Positions 25,813 through 36,703 of a DNA stretch of 57,765 nucleotides are shown one piece after another (the first letter of the stretch is position 1; each line of letters starts with the position of its first letter). The notes under the pieces were generated by a model that worked only from the letters and a program-made list of their open reading frames with translations, did not search any database and had not been told where the DNA came from. The DNA is from Chara braunii (lineage: Eukaryota; Plantae; Charophyceae): contig BFEA01000043.1 of the NCBI GenBank assembly GCA_003427395.1, forward strand, positions 1,543,754-1,601,518. Reading direction: 5' to 3'. A program made the position numbers and the translations under genes.

Positions 25813-26135
25813 GTCGGTACATGCAGGAGGGCTTGTAGGCGTGTCTTCGTCCGCACGGTAGCCAAACATTTGAGATGATGTAGGGTCTAACAGTTGTTAA
25901 GTTTTAACTTGTTTTTAGTCATTTCTGAATCAGGCTTTCAAACTCAGGAACTAACTTCTCGTCGGTCCAGGTCACCTACTTTTTCTAGAAGGTGTGCTGT
26001 GTCTTTTCGATGGAAGATATGGGTGATTCCAATAATCGGATATAAATGGATTTTTTGATAGATTCCATGAAAATGACCGTCGAGCAAGTGCTCTATACAA
26101 GTGGTTAGAAGTAGCTTACCTTGCCAGTGGGCCTA

Positions 26136-26240
26136 CCGTCTTCCCCCGAATAAAACGTACGGTCATTCTGCCTGTATTTTGCACAACTTTCAGTCCAGAT
26201 CAGTCCAGATGCAACGAGAATGACAGTAGGTTCTATTCGG
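26136..26240. mobile_element. ~105-bp hairpin MITE, 3' end degraded
   Basis: TA|CCGTCTTCCCCCGAATAAAACG...TTCTATTCGG. Confidence 0.75.
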
Positions 26241-27289
26241 AACAAAATGACCTTCTTCTTGAAGAAAACAAAGGTGGGAAAAGAAATTAGACGAAAGAAA
26301 TGACTTACCTCAGCCGCTCAGCTTTGTCACCTTTTCCGTGGGGAGGCTCCTTTGTAGTCATCCTGATCCTCTTGGGTGATTATTAGTAAGGTACAGTCCC
26401 TTAGGAGTTCAGGGTACTCAAGGTTATAGGACTCTGTTTATTGGGGGTTCTTGCTGAGTGATTCGGAAGCCGGGGTATAAATGGCTTGATTGATTCCATG
26501 AAAATGACTGCCGAGCGAGTGCTTTATATGGATGGGTAGAAATGATTGACTCAGCATTTTCACCCTTTTCCCGGTGAGGCTCCTTTGTAGTCATCATCCT
26601 GATTCAGTTTGGTGATTACAGTCCCTTAGGAGTTCAGGTTCAAACTCAGGTTATGGGACTCCATTTAGTGGGGGTTCTGCCTCTTGGGATTTGTCGGCAC
26701 ACCTCCCAGTTTTCTTTCTGGCTAGGTCTTGCCACTTGCGGTCTTATTTTGTGAACTCGTATGTATTCCGATGGTTTACATGCGGCCGCTTAGTATGATG
26801 TAGATGATGAAGCGTGGGCTGCCTTGTGGAATTTTCAATTTGACGAGTTCAGCAATCCTAGTCGGTTTCTTTTTTCTTTCCGTTTGGTCTGTCTGCGACT
26901 CTATAGGATGGTGTTCAGGGCACTTGCATTCGCCTGATCGGGGAATTCTGCATTCTAAAAGCGTTGGATCGGCAGTGTGAGTTCAGATTCCGTCGTAGGG
27001 CACATTCACCACAATAGGACTTTCTGAGATGAATCTGACCCCAACTACAACCAGATTCTATCGGAAACGTGTGAGTATAGCCTAACTCTAAAATGTACAA
27101 ACCTCAAAAGCTACCTGCTTTACCTCAGTTAAGAGTTGAAAGCTTGAAGCTGTTTGAGAAGCCTGAACTTTGGGCCCGAAGCGCTCTTATGAATTCGAAT
27201 CGCCAGACTTGGGGAGTGCCCCTTTTTCCTACTGTGTTACAAACAAGCTAGGCCACTCTCAAGTCCATGCCAAGGGCCAGTACAGGACG

Positions 27290-27900
27290 TGGTTAGCATC
27301 AGGCGGTGAGTTCACCTACATCCGCGAGCTTGCTATCCCCAGTGCACCCTCTGTTTTTTAGCACAGCCCGCCGGGACAGGTTCGGGGAAAGAAGGGTGGG
27401 GGGTAAACGCAAGATGCGTTTAGTATCAGGTGGGGCAGGGGTTCCCCGACATCCGCGAGCTTTGTATCCTCCTTTTCCCCTTTCTGAGCTTTCTCTTATA
27501 CAAGCGAGTTTCATTAACCCGGCAGGTTAGTATCAGGCCGTGCAACCGCGGTTTTTTGGCACAGCCCACTGGGACAGGTTCCGGAAAAAGAAAGATCAGG
27601 GGGAAAGCCAAGATTCACTTTACCCGGCAGAATTTGCTTGTTCAAGGGATCATTATTTCAAAAAAGGCACCCCATTCAGGCTCTTCGGGGTTCGCTTCAC
27701 ACGCGTCAGGGTTTGGTTCGCACGCGTCAGGCTTTGGTTCAGCCTCTCCTAGCAACGCTGGTCTTTTAGCACAGCCCACTGGGACAGGTCCAGGAAAGAA
27801 GGGTCGGGGGTAAAGCCAAGATTCACTGTTCCCGACAGAATTTGCTTGTTCAAGGGATACTTGTTTCAAATTAAGGAGCCCCATTTGGCCTCTACAGGGT
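27290..27900. repeat. Degenerate ~200-bp tandem repeat (gcacagcccactgggacagg core)
   Basis: Core at ~27361, ~27559 and ~27769. Confidence 0.75.
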
Positions 27901-28270
27901 TTTGTTCAGCCTCTTTACTCATTCGGGGCCTAAATTGATGCCTGTTCCAGAAAGGAGTACATGACAGAAGGCAGTTATTGGTGTTACTCCTCAATTTAGT
28001 GACTGAAGTCTTGCCTGATTCGCCAATCCACATTCGCGAGGTTTCTAGACGGCTTCTGTTCAAGGTTTCCTCGCCTAAATGTGTGGTTTCTGACTTCCCG
28101 TTAAATACGGAAAGTGTGGGTTACGGTGTCAAGTTCGTGCTAGTCTTGTTCGGATTGGACCTGCGCTTTGCACACCGTCATGATGAGTCAACACACAGAC
28201 AGACAGAGAGCAGTCATGCTTTTTTCGTGGAGTTGTGTATAGCGGATGACAACAAACACACACACATACA

Positions 28271-28274
<4 letters not shown>

Positions 28275-28359
<85 letters not shown>
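28275..28359. repeat. (GA)n microsatellite
   Basis: Direct. Confidence 0.98.
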
Positions 28360-28366
<7 letters not shown>

Positions 28367-29094
28367 GTTTGTCTCTCCTTTGCGAGCACATAAGGGAGAG
28401 TGGTTTCTGGCCAGGATATGTTGATCGTAAGGGATGGTTGATTGGGTGCTCAAGGTTTTGATGATTATCCTCAGCAATGCTGTGAGCAATGGTTCTAATC
28501 GATGAGAGGGGCGTAATCTTGTAATGTCGGTTCTCTCTTGAGTGAAATTACAAATGATCTGAATCATCTGATCTGACCAGTCTGTGAAACATCACTTGAT
28601 TTCCCCATAATTCTCTTCATTTCTTTTCCTTTCCCCTTTTTGCATATCTTGCTATCTTTGCATTGCATTAATTTGCTCAATACACATAAACAGTGATAAT
28701 TTGTCAATTTTTGTATATGCCAACTATATGGTGAAAAAGAAGGGGTTGTGAATTCGTGAAAGGCTGTTTCCCCATGTTCCCTACCTTTTTTCCCCTCCTT
28801 TTCCCCTTTCTGAGCTTTCTCTTAGACAAGTGAGTTTCATAGTATACCATGTAATACTATGCAGTACTATGCCAAGTCGCTGAAGACAAAGTGATACTAT
28901 GTCTGTGGACTCGGTGCATGTGTGTGGTAGAAAAGTGGGTTGTGAAGAAGCAGAGGGTGATGACAGGCTGTTTCATTGGGCATGCATTCACTTATCATGT
29001 CACATTGTAATTTCAAATTCTATAATTTTATGAAATGAAGGAAATGTTCTATAACACATGGGCTAATTCAACTGCTAGACTTGGATTTGTACAA

Positions 29095-29660
29095 GGGGCA
29101 GGCCCCGTTGGTGTTATGTTCACACCTGGAAAGCATGAACCTGGCTGTAATTTAGGCCAGGTTCATGCTTTCCGATCATGAACATAGCACCTGTGGCGCA
29201 TGGCCCCAAGTTTCCGAACCTTAAATTAAGTGTTGTCACCTGAATTGGAACGAGTTTTGACGAAGGGTGGATGAGATGCCGCGCCCCAGAATAGATGGGG
29301 CATATGCGAGTTTTGGCCCTTTTGGGTGAAAAAACGAAGAGAGAGAGGAAAAAAAAGAAAAAAATCGAAAAAAAGAAAAAAATCGAAAAAAAGAAAAAAA
29401 GAGAGAAAAGAAAATGAAGTTAACCCTCAAGTGTATCTCCTAGTGACATGATTGGAAAGCATGAACCTGGTCTCCCATTACAGCCAGGTCCATGCTTTCT
29501 GCATGAACCTGCTGCACATGTGGTTCCCAGTAGGTTCGCATCCAGGCCATGCGCCACAGGTGCTAGGTTCATGATCGGATACCTGGCCTCCATTACAGCC
29601 AGGTCCATGCTTTCTGCATGAACCTGCTGCACATGTGGTTCCCAGTAGGTCTGCGTCCAG
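29095..29660. mobile_element. Hairpin MITE (GGGGC...GCCCC ends, catgaacctgg/ccaggttcatg core) and tandem derivatives
   Basis: Foldback at 29095-29207, repeated derivatives at 29450-29660, related copy at ~47688-47778. Confidence 0.65.
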
Positions 29661-30789
29661 CCCAGTACCTGTGCCCAAGCTGAGTTTCAGATAGCGGCCT
29701 GGGACTGAATTGGTTACAGCCACCCAGCTGAGCGACGTGGCGCTTGTCACCGGCAGCGTCCTCATTGGCCGAGCGGCCGATGTCACAATGCAGCAAGAGT
29801 AAGGCCTTGGAGCCCAAAATGCCCTGGTCACAGAGCTGCGGCCCGCCTGTTGTCAGCTACCTGCCGCTGGTTCACCAACTGTCTGGCGTGGGGCAGGCCT
29901 CTCGAATGTCGGGTACTGGGGTCCAAGGCCACTTTTCCAGGCAGCCTTCAGGCTGCGGCCTATTTGGGGTCTGCCGAGGCCCTGATGCCTCGCAATTACA
30001 CTTGCCGGGACGATTTCGATATTTTGTACCTGTCCGTTGTTGAAGTCTGGATTTTTTTAAATATTTTTTTGCACAAACGCACCCGCCCCATCTGTTCTCG
30101 GGGCAGCAGTCCAGTTACTTATTCCCGGCAATCATGTTTGTACAAAGACAGTGGGGGATAAAAGAAGATACCAGTTTGTGGCACTAGCCGCCTGAGCAAG
30201 GGGGGGCAGCTTCTGTGCGCCCCACCCCCAAACCTTTGCCCCTCCGTGGTGGATTGCCCTACTGGCCGGGAGGCTTACTAGCAGCACCCAGACACACAGT
30301 AGGGTCATCCAACAGTTGACGATCGGCAAGCGGCCTCAGGACTGCCCTGAACGCGCCCCCCCGCGCCAAGCCCCCCCTGTCAATCAACTCTTGCCTAGTA
30401 TCTGCCTACTGCAATAGTGCGCATGTCTACCTCACACATACAGCCTACCCTGTTCCTGTGTAAGCCTTTTACAACCTTTACCATCCCTTAAGCCCCATCC
30501 AACTGTCTGTGCCCTTTGCCTAAATTCTATTGTGAGCCTGCTATTGTTCAACTAAGGACAATCTCGTTCTAATTTTAACGGCCTCAGTGTTTTCCTGTTT
30601 CCGTTCCTCCATGCCTCACGTCCTCTGTTCCTATCTCCAACGGCTTCCTGTGTTTTTTTGCACTTCAACACTAAGATCCCCCTCTAAACAGGTTCCTCCC
30701 TTCCCCCTTCCCCCCCTGCCCTTGCCTATGATATCTCCGACACTTCATAGCTACCTACCTATTGTACATCACTTATGGTCCAACAATGC

Positions 30790-31650
30790 ACAGGCGGACT
30801 CCATATGCAGAGTGGCCTGGAACAAGCTCATCCAACCAGGGCGCTTTGGAGGCCTGGGACTCCTGGGTTCGCGGCTGCAGATAATTGCCCTGCAGTTGTG
30901 CCAGTTGGTGTGGCACCTGCTGGGCACGGTGGAAGAAGCCTGGCAATCAATCACCAGGACCCACCTGGCATACGCACTCCAGGAGCCTAGGGAGCTGGTG
31001 GATCTGTCCCTCCTTTGCCGCACAGCAATGGGCCACATTCGCAGGGACATGGTATGGTCCACAAAGCTGGCGCTGTGGAAAAAGGCACAGTTAAGCTGCC
31101 GTCTACTGGAAACAGAGGACGCAGTTTACAACCAGCTGCTTTTCGACAACAGATTCATTTGTGACGAGACTGGAGAATCCTTCCTGTGGCATGGCCCGCA
31201 AGGAGCATATGGGTGGAAATAGGTAGAACAGGGCATTTATGAAGTGGGGCATCCACGGGATGAAGATCGGAAGGACTGCGCCCTGATAACGATGTGCTGG
31301 AATCGCTGCAGGGACGGATGAGAAAAAGGCAAGGACTTAAAGAATTGCGGAAAGTCATCCCCCCCCAGTGGACTGAGATGCTAAGAAGGGATGAAATAAC
31401 TCCGGGGGAATGGCTGAAGGTGAAAGGAAGCCTGAGACTGGAGAGAATCTACAAGGTCGAGCAAGTGCTGGCAGACGGCAAGCTGGAAGTGACGGGATGG
31501 CAGGTGGGCTCGGGGTATGGACTGGGGGAGCCCCTGCAGGAATGTAGTGTGCAAGAAGGGAACCCCCGGAAAATGATGGAGAGGTGCATGATGCAAACAG
31601 TGGCGGTTTCTGAAGGGGGTCTGAAGGGGAAAGGACAGTACCTGCCATTC
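30790..31650 (+). pseudogene. L1/Tx1-type LINE ORF2 fragment (post-RT region)
   Basis: RVAWNKLIQPGRFGGLGL is the typical L1-clade VxWxxLxxPxxxGGLG motif; then LFDNRFI and LRKVIPPQWTEML; internal stops. Confidence 0.8.
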
Positions 31651-32105
31651 CACCACCAGCCATTTTGGTCCGGTAGCATTGTTCATCCAAAGTCTGCGGA
31701 TTGAGTCAGGCCGTTTTGTCTTACACAGGTGTTTTTGCACTAGAGTCAAGAATCTATCATCTTGAATCTTCTTATGCAGAAGACTCGTCAATATTTGGCG
31801 GTCAATTGTATCGGAGCACAATCCTCTAGTTGCCTGGGGATGGTACTGGTGGTTTAAACCACCAGTACATCTGGTGATTTCGAATGAGCCTCTCCGAAAA
31901 GTTAGGGGACTTGGGGCAGGGCCCGCCTGGGGGAGGGTGGAACTTTTTTTTTTTTGTTCAGTGCTGGGCCTAGTGCCACCCCGCGGCATGGGACACATTT
32001 ATTTTCTAATGGTCCTTCAGACGACCTGTCCCGAGCCCTCCAAAATTTTAGGAGAGGCTCAATCATGATTCTCAACTTGGCTGGGGCCATGTACTGGTCC
32101 TTTAA
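31650..32105. mobile_element. Two abutting CCACCAGTAC-TIR MITEs forming a perfect 26-bp palindrome
   Basis: GTACTGGTGG-TTTAAA-CCACCAGTAC at 31843-31868. Confidence 0.85.
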
Positions 32106-32951
32106 TGGCATACTTTTACAATTTTGAAAAGGCGTGGGTAGACATGGGTGATGATGATCTCCATGTGCGTGTTTGTGTGTGCCTTTGCAAATATGCATGT
32201 TGATGTGATGTCTGTGCTGGACTCAGTTTGGCTCCTTCCTCTTCTCTGTGTGCATCATTGTGCTCACGAGTGCCCCTTGGAGCCATGAGCACAAGTCATA
32301 ATAATGACTCGCAGGGAACAGAGGCTTGGCAGCATGCGACATGCAATCTTCAGGTGATGAAGAAGATGGAGGTGGAAAATCAGGGAAGGAGGAAGAGGAG
32401 AAGAGAAAGAAGAGCAGAAAGGGAAGGAAGAGGAGAAATAGTAGGGAGGGTAAGAGGGGGAGGAAGAGCAGGGAGAGGTAGAGTAGGGAAAAGGAGGAGG
32501 AGGAGGAGGAGGAGGAGGAGGAAGAGTATGGAAAGGAGGAGGAGGAGGAGGAAGAGGACCAGGAAGTGGAGGAGAAGGAAGGCAACAAAGGCTCGAAGAG
32601 CAGACGCTTCGCGTCTGAATCCCACGGGCTCGTCAGCAGAGTTGCTCCGTCCAAGAAATCACAGGACCCAGAGAGAATCGTGACCAACGCCCAGAGAATA
32701 TGTCGACGAGAGCGCAGCACTTCGTGTGTCCTCTTACGCACGGCGCACCATAACCAAGTAGTTGCTTCGCCAATGAAGGATTTCGTGCAACAGAATGAAT
32801 CAAAGAACTAAACACGTTTCCAATACCTACAGCGGCTCCATCTAATGCGATTGTTGCACAGCCCGCTCCAAAGTTAATTGTGGCTTATAAATAGTAATAT
32901 GGGGTGATAATGGTCGATTGATTTTCATGTCAATTTACTCTGATTTTGACT

Positions 32952-33024
32952 CAAGGTGACAGGATTCGAACCTATGACCCTCTGGACCCAAAACAGATGC
33001 GCTACCAGACTGCGATACACCTTG
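32952..33024 (-). tRNA. trnP: Mitochondrial-type tRNA-Pro(UGG), nuclear copy (NUMT)
   Basis: CAAGGTGTATCGCAGTCTGGTAGCGCATCTGTTTTGGGTCCAGAGGGTCATAGGTTCGAATCCTGTCACCTTG; cloverleaf like plant mt trnP. Confidence 0.9.
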
Positions 33025-33131
33025 TTATGTTCAATTGGTAATTCAACTAGCTGACTAACTAAGATTGGATTGACTGGAACTGGTAAACTCATTGTTGTAG
33101 GTTCAAATCCTTCATTCCATAATAAAAAAAC

Positions 33132-33263
33132 AGAGTTTGATCCTGGCTCAGAATGAACGCTAGCGATATGCTTAACACATGCAAGTCGAACGTTGTTTTC
33201 TCAGTTGAAAACAAAGTGGCGAACGGGTGCGTAACGCGTGGGAATCTACCAAACAGTTTGGGA
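33132..33263 (+). rRNA. rns: 5' fragment of plant-type mitochondrial SSU rRNA (NUMT)
   Basis: AGAGTTTGATCCTGGCTCAGAATGAACGCTAGCGATATGCTTAACACATGCAAGTCGAACGTTGTTTTC...AACAAAGTGGCGAACGGGTGCGTAACGCGTGGGAATCT. Confidence 0.93.
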
Positions 33264-34024
33264 AAAATCCCAAACAGTCTAGATAGTCAATTTAGCGTGA
33301 TCACACGCATGCAATGCAAACCAGGAGACGAACACAGCCAATGTCAGCCAGAGAAAACAGGTAGGCACAAGGGCAGTCTATGAGCACCCGCAAGCGAAAG
33401 CACAAAGAGCTGGAAAGAAAAATATTAAAGAAACACAAGGCATGAATTGAACAGCAGATGGTATAGGAATGATTCGGTGGTTGTCTGGGAAACCAATTCC
33501 TCTGCTTCTGCGAGTGACATGCACTGGTCAAAACCAATTCGGTCCATAATGCAGAATGCTTCAGAGAGTACGTCTATGTTTCACTACGACTTGCTGGCGG
33601 ATAAGGAACTGAATTGATGCTCACCCAGATTGTAGCCGAGTCCATAAGGTCTTTTTTTTGGCAGGGAGCTATACCTGCTGATTGTCACTCATGCCCAATG
33701 TTTCCCCATGTTACGGTCTGCGGAAGCTTGACAGGATTGATTAGTTCCCGTGAGAAGGATTAACTGTCCGTCGAGCCCATACATATTAGTCAATACGCCT
33801 CCCGTTCCTGTTGTAATACCTTTAGAAACAAGTCCATAAGGTCTTGTTTTGTGAAAAAGAGAAAATATCACAAAAAGAGCAGGGGGAAAAAGGCACTCCT
33901 AAAAGCAGTCCTATGTTGGTCTGGTCGTATGCACAGCCCGAAACAAGCACTCCTTGACAGAGGGGGTGATGTTGCGGACTATGGAGAAACACAATCATTG
34001 GGACTATGCAGGCAAACGCCATCC

Positions 34025-34219
34025 TTAAACCACCAGTTCTTCCGAGGCACTTTTCTCTGACCGTCGAAATGCCCTGCGCGCCAAAAAAAAAGAAACTGGC
34101 ACGACCTCCTTTTAGTTGGTGTCGCCAGCAATTTTGCTTCAGAGGCTGAGACCTGAAAGTTGCAGCCCGCATATGACAAGGGCCAGCGGCCAATGTATGG
34201 GCCAAGTACTGGTGGTTTA
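34025..34219. mobile_element. CCACCAGT-TIR family MITE
   Basis: ttaaaccaccagt...gtactggtggttta. Confidence 0.8.
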
Positions 34220-35004
34220 CGGATGTGGCCGGTGAGAGGGCCCTGACAACGATGATGGTGTAGACGAGCTCATGGTAGATTGTGCACCTCATTGCACGTA
34301 AGCAAACAGTATGTTGTTGGCAATGGGCTGAAGACTGCTGCTTACGATGCTATCAGCAAAAAGCAGATGCGGAGCCCAAGTGAGCTGTGGTAGTCCATTC
34401 CGATCGATCCTTGCTGCAGGCCTCACCTCCATTCTGACCAGCTTTGCACTGATCACTCCTCATTGTGCTGCTACAATCGAAGAGATAAGTCAAAGTTGCA
34501 CCAAGGATGAGAGTTCTTTGAATCCCGAGGGCGATGGCAGCGTCGACAGTTGCACTCTGTGAACAGATGAGTCAACTAGGCAGCAAAGCCAGAAGTGATT
34601 TGTGTGAGGAGGATGAATGACCTTTTTTTTATTGATTGCCTCTGGATTTTAACTTAGGTCTGTAGTAAACAGTTCCTGGGTGTGCCAACTGAGCTAGGCC
34701 TGTTGGTGTTGTTTATGATTATTTAGTAGTATCAACAGAATAAGGCACTCACTATTCAGAACTGTGCCCTGAGAACATTCCTCACACAGCGCTGATGGGG
34801 TAACTGTGAGGGTGCAGGATGAGCTGTGTGAAAAGTAGACCATCAATGAGCATGCATCGAAATCATAGAGTTCCATCTGTCCATCTGGATGCAAACTATT
34901 CTGTGAGCACTGAGCTCCATAGTTCAGATCCAGATGGAACTTGATGAATGAATTCAGGAAAGAAAGTCTGTTGGGTAGGATATGGATGTCGGCAAGGATA
35001 GCCC

Positions 35005-35323
35005 AAGCGGGCTAGCTCAGTTGGTTGAGCACGTAAGTGGCACCCAGGAGGTCGTGGATTCGATACCCAACGTCGTCCTTTCGATCCACTGCGGCCTCCT
35101 GGGGTATGCTTTGGGTTCACCAGTGAAGATGGTTGGCCTGGGCCTCCTGGCTGGTTGTGGAAGCGATTTAGGCACTTTCCAGCCGGGGCCAGTTAGGAGC
35201 TAGGACACTGCTCTCTGCATAGAGTAGAGATGGTTGTGCAAAGTAGGTAGTGTCTGGTACACCCATAACCCTTAGGAGTGTCTCCTTGGCCTAGTCTATA
35301 TTAGGTGGTGTGAGGTTAAAAAA
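35005..35323 (+). mobile_element. tRNA-derived SINE
   Basis: A box TAGCTCAGTTGG (35013-35024), B box GGATTCGATAC (35056-35066), ~250-bp body, short A tail; no clean TSD. Confidence 0.7.
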
Positions 35324-35764
35324 TGATGACAGAACAAAATAGAATAGTAAATGCAGCTGTCCCCCGATGAGGAGAAGACAGCTTGCATATATATTGTCAC
35401 ATAACTATGAACTAAAAGAGCACATTTTGCGAAACAAATGGTAAAGATTAAAAAACAAGACAAAGATGAGGGGCATACTGAAACTATTCATTTCTCTTGT
35501 TCTTCTTTTAACTCCCCTTCACCGTGGCTCTCACACACAAGGCTCGACACGTTGATGAAGTTGAGTGTGAGCTGCCCGCATCCCCGTGCCATAACGGCCC
35601 ACTTGTACGCCGTGAGAAAGAGGCAGAGTAAAGGGGGAGGTGATACAGGGAAGAGAGATGAAGAGAAGACAAACAAAGAACGAAAAAGGGAAAGGAAGGA
35701 TAAGAAAAGGCTCATGAATGAGTCTGTCCTTGACGACAGAGAGGACACACATTGTAAGGATGAG

Positions 35765-36219
35765 GTGAATGGGCACATGGAAGACCTAGCTGAGCACTCT
35801 CGGCACAACAATTGCCACAACGGGCCTGAGCATGTCCAACATACACTATGACAAATGGCATGCCGATTGCAGGCCAAAACGAAGGAAGAACGCTCACCAC
35901 AAAAGACCTCAGCACAACAATTGCCACAACGGGCACTAAGCATGTCCAACATACACTTTTGACAAATGGCATGCCGATTGCAGGCCAAAACGAAGGAAGA
36001 ACGCTCACCACAAAGGACGATGCCTTCAGTATAGCGCCCATGGCCACGAAATGGACATATAGTGTCCAGATGCAGAGGGTGCCTGCAGTCAGGAACGGAG
36101 GGACAGTCCTCTACACACACAGATGCAGAAACCATGTCGTTGTAGTGATTGTGACAGAGACGATGGTGGCAACAACCGAGTGTAACAGTGTCTGTAGCTG
36201 TGCAAAGGAGAATGTCACA
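35765..36219 (-). pseudogene. RING-like zinc fingers (two; second partly duplicated) in the PLE extension
   Basis: CDILLC...LGCCHHRLCHNH...CPSVPDCR and LCGERSSFVLACNRHAICQKC...CPF; ~110-bp internal tandem duplication. Confidence 0.65.
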
Positions 36220-36267
36220 GGGTGTTGGCACATTGTCTTGCTGCAGCATGGGGCCAGAGGAATGGTC

Positions 36268-36703
36268 TTCAACATAAAAGAGATTGCAGACAGTTTGGTG
36301 GGGCAAGAAAACAGCATCATTATGTAAGAAATCAGTAATATTACTCATGGCATGGGCCATGATGTCGTTGTCCCACGACTCCCAATGGTCAGAGGCACGT
36401 ACAATGGCCAGATCTGTGCACAATGCAAGCAGAGATGTGGGATGGAGGATTGAACCCCTCACCTGCTCGAGCATTGCGTAGCTCAAGTTGGCGGTCCCTC
36501 GTTGCTACTTGTAGGACAGCAATGGTAAGGCCTCTTTCCTTGGTATAATTACAATCCTCTGGTTGTAGGCGGGGGAGATCAGCATCAAGTTGAAGGGCGA
36601 TAGCAAGGAAGTCTGATGGTGTATAAAATGGGCGGTGGAGAATGTGAAGACAAATATTAGTTGCAGTCAGACCACAGAGATTGGTGAGGGTCTCAGGCTG
36701 GTG
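36268..36703 (-). pseudogene. Josephin/ataxin-3-like cysteine protease (MJD deubiquitinase fold) domain
   Basis: NLCGLTATN (Cys codon 36674-36676), PFYTPSDFLAIALQLD, NYTKERGLTIAVLQVA, CIVHRSGH (His 36404-36406), frameshift, AIVRASDHWESWDN (Asp 36370-36372), NLFYVE. Confidence 0.75.

Noticed and set aside
30564-30581. Fourth U6 fragment (minus strand CCGTTAAAATTAGAACGA)
   Set aside because: Only 18 nt with a mismatch and no ACAGAGA box or tail; could be chance.
32228-32811. Glu/Arg-rich ORFs as a protein-coding gene
   Set aside because: Purine-rich low-complexity sequence with no recognisable domain or supported exon partners.
33132-33263. Bacterial 16S contamination
   Set aside because: The sequence has plant mitochondrial signatures (GCTAGCGATATGC, GTTGTTTTC, GGGTGCGTAACGCG) and sits next to mt-type trnP.
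35354-35383. Minimal hammerhead in the hairpin AGCTGTC-cccCGATGAGgagaa-GACAGCT
   Set aside because: Core lacks CUGA and GAAA and has no stems II/III.
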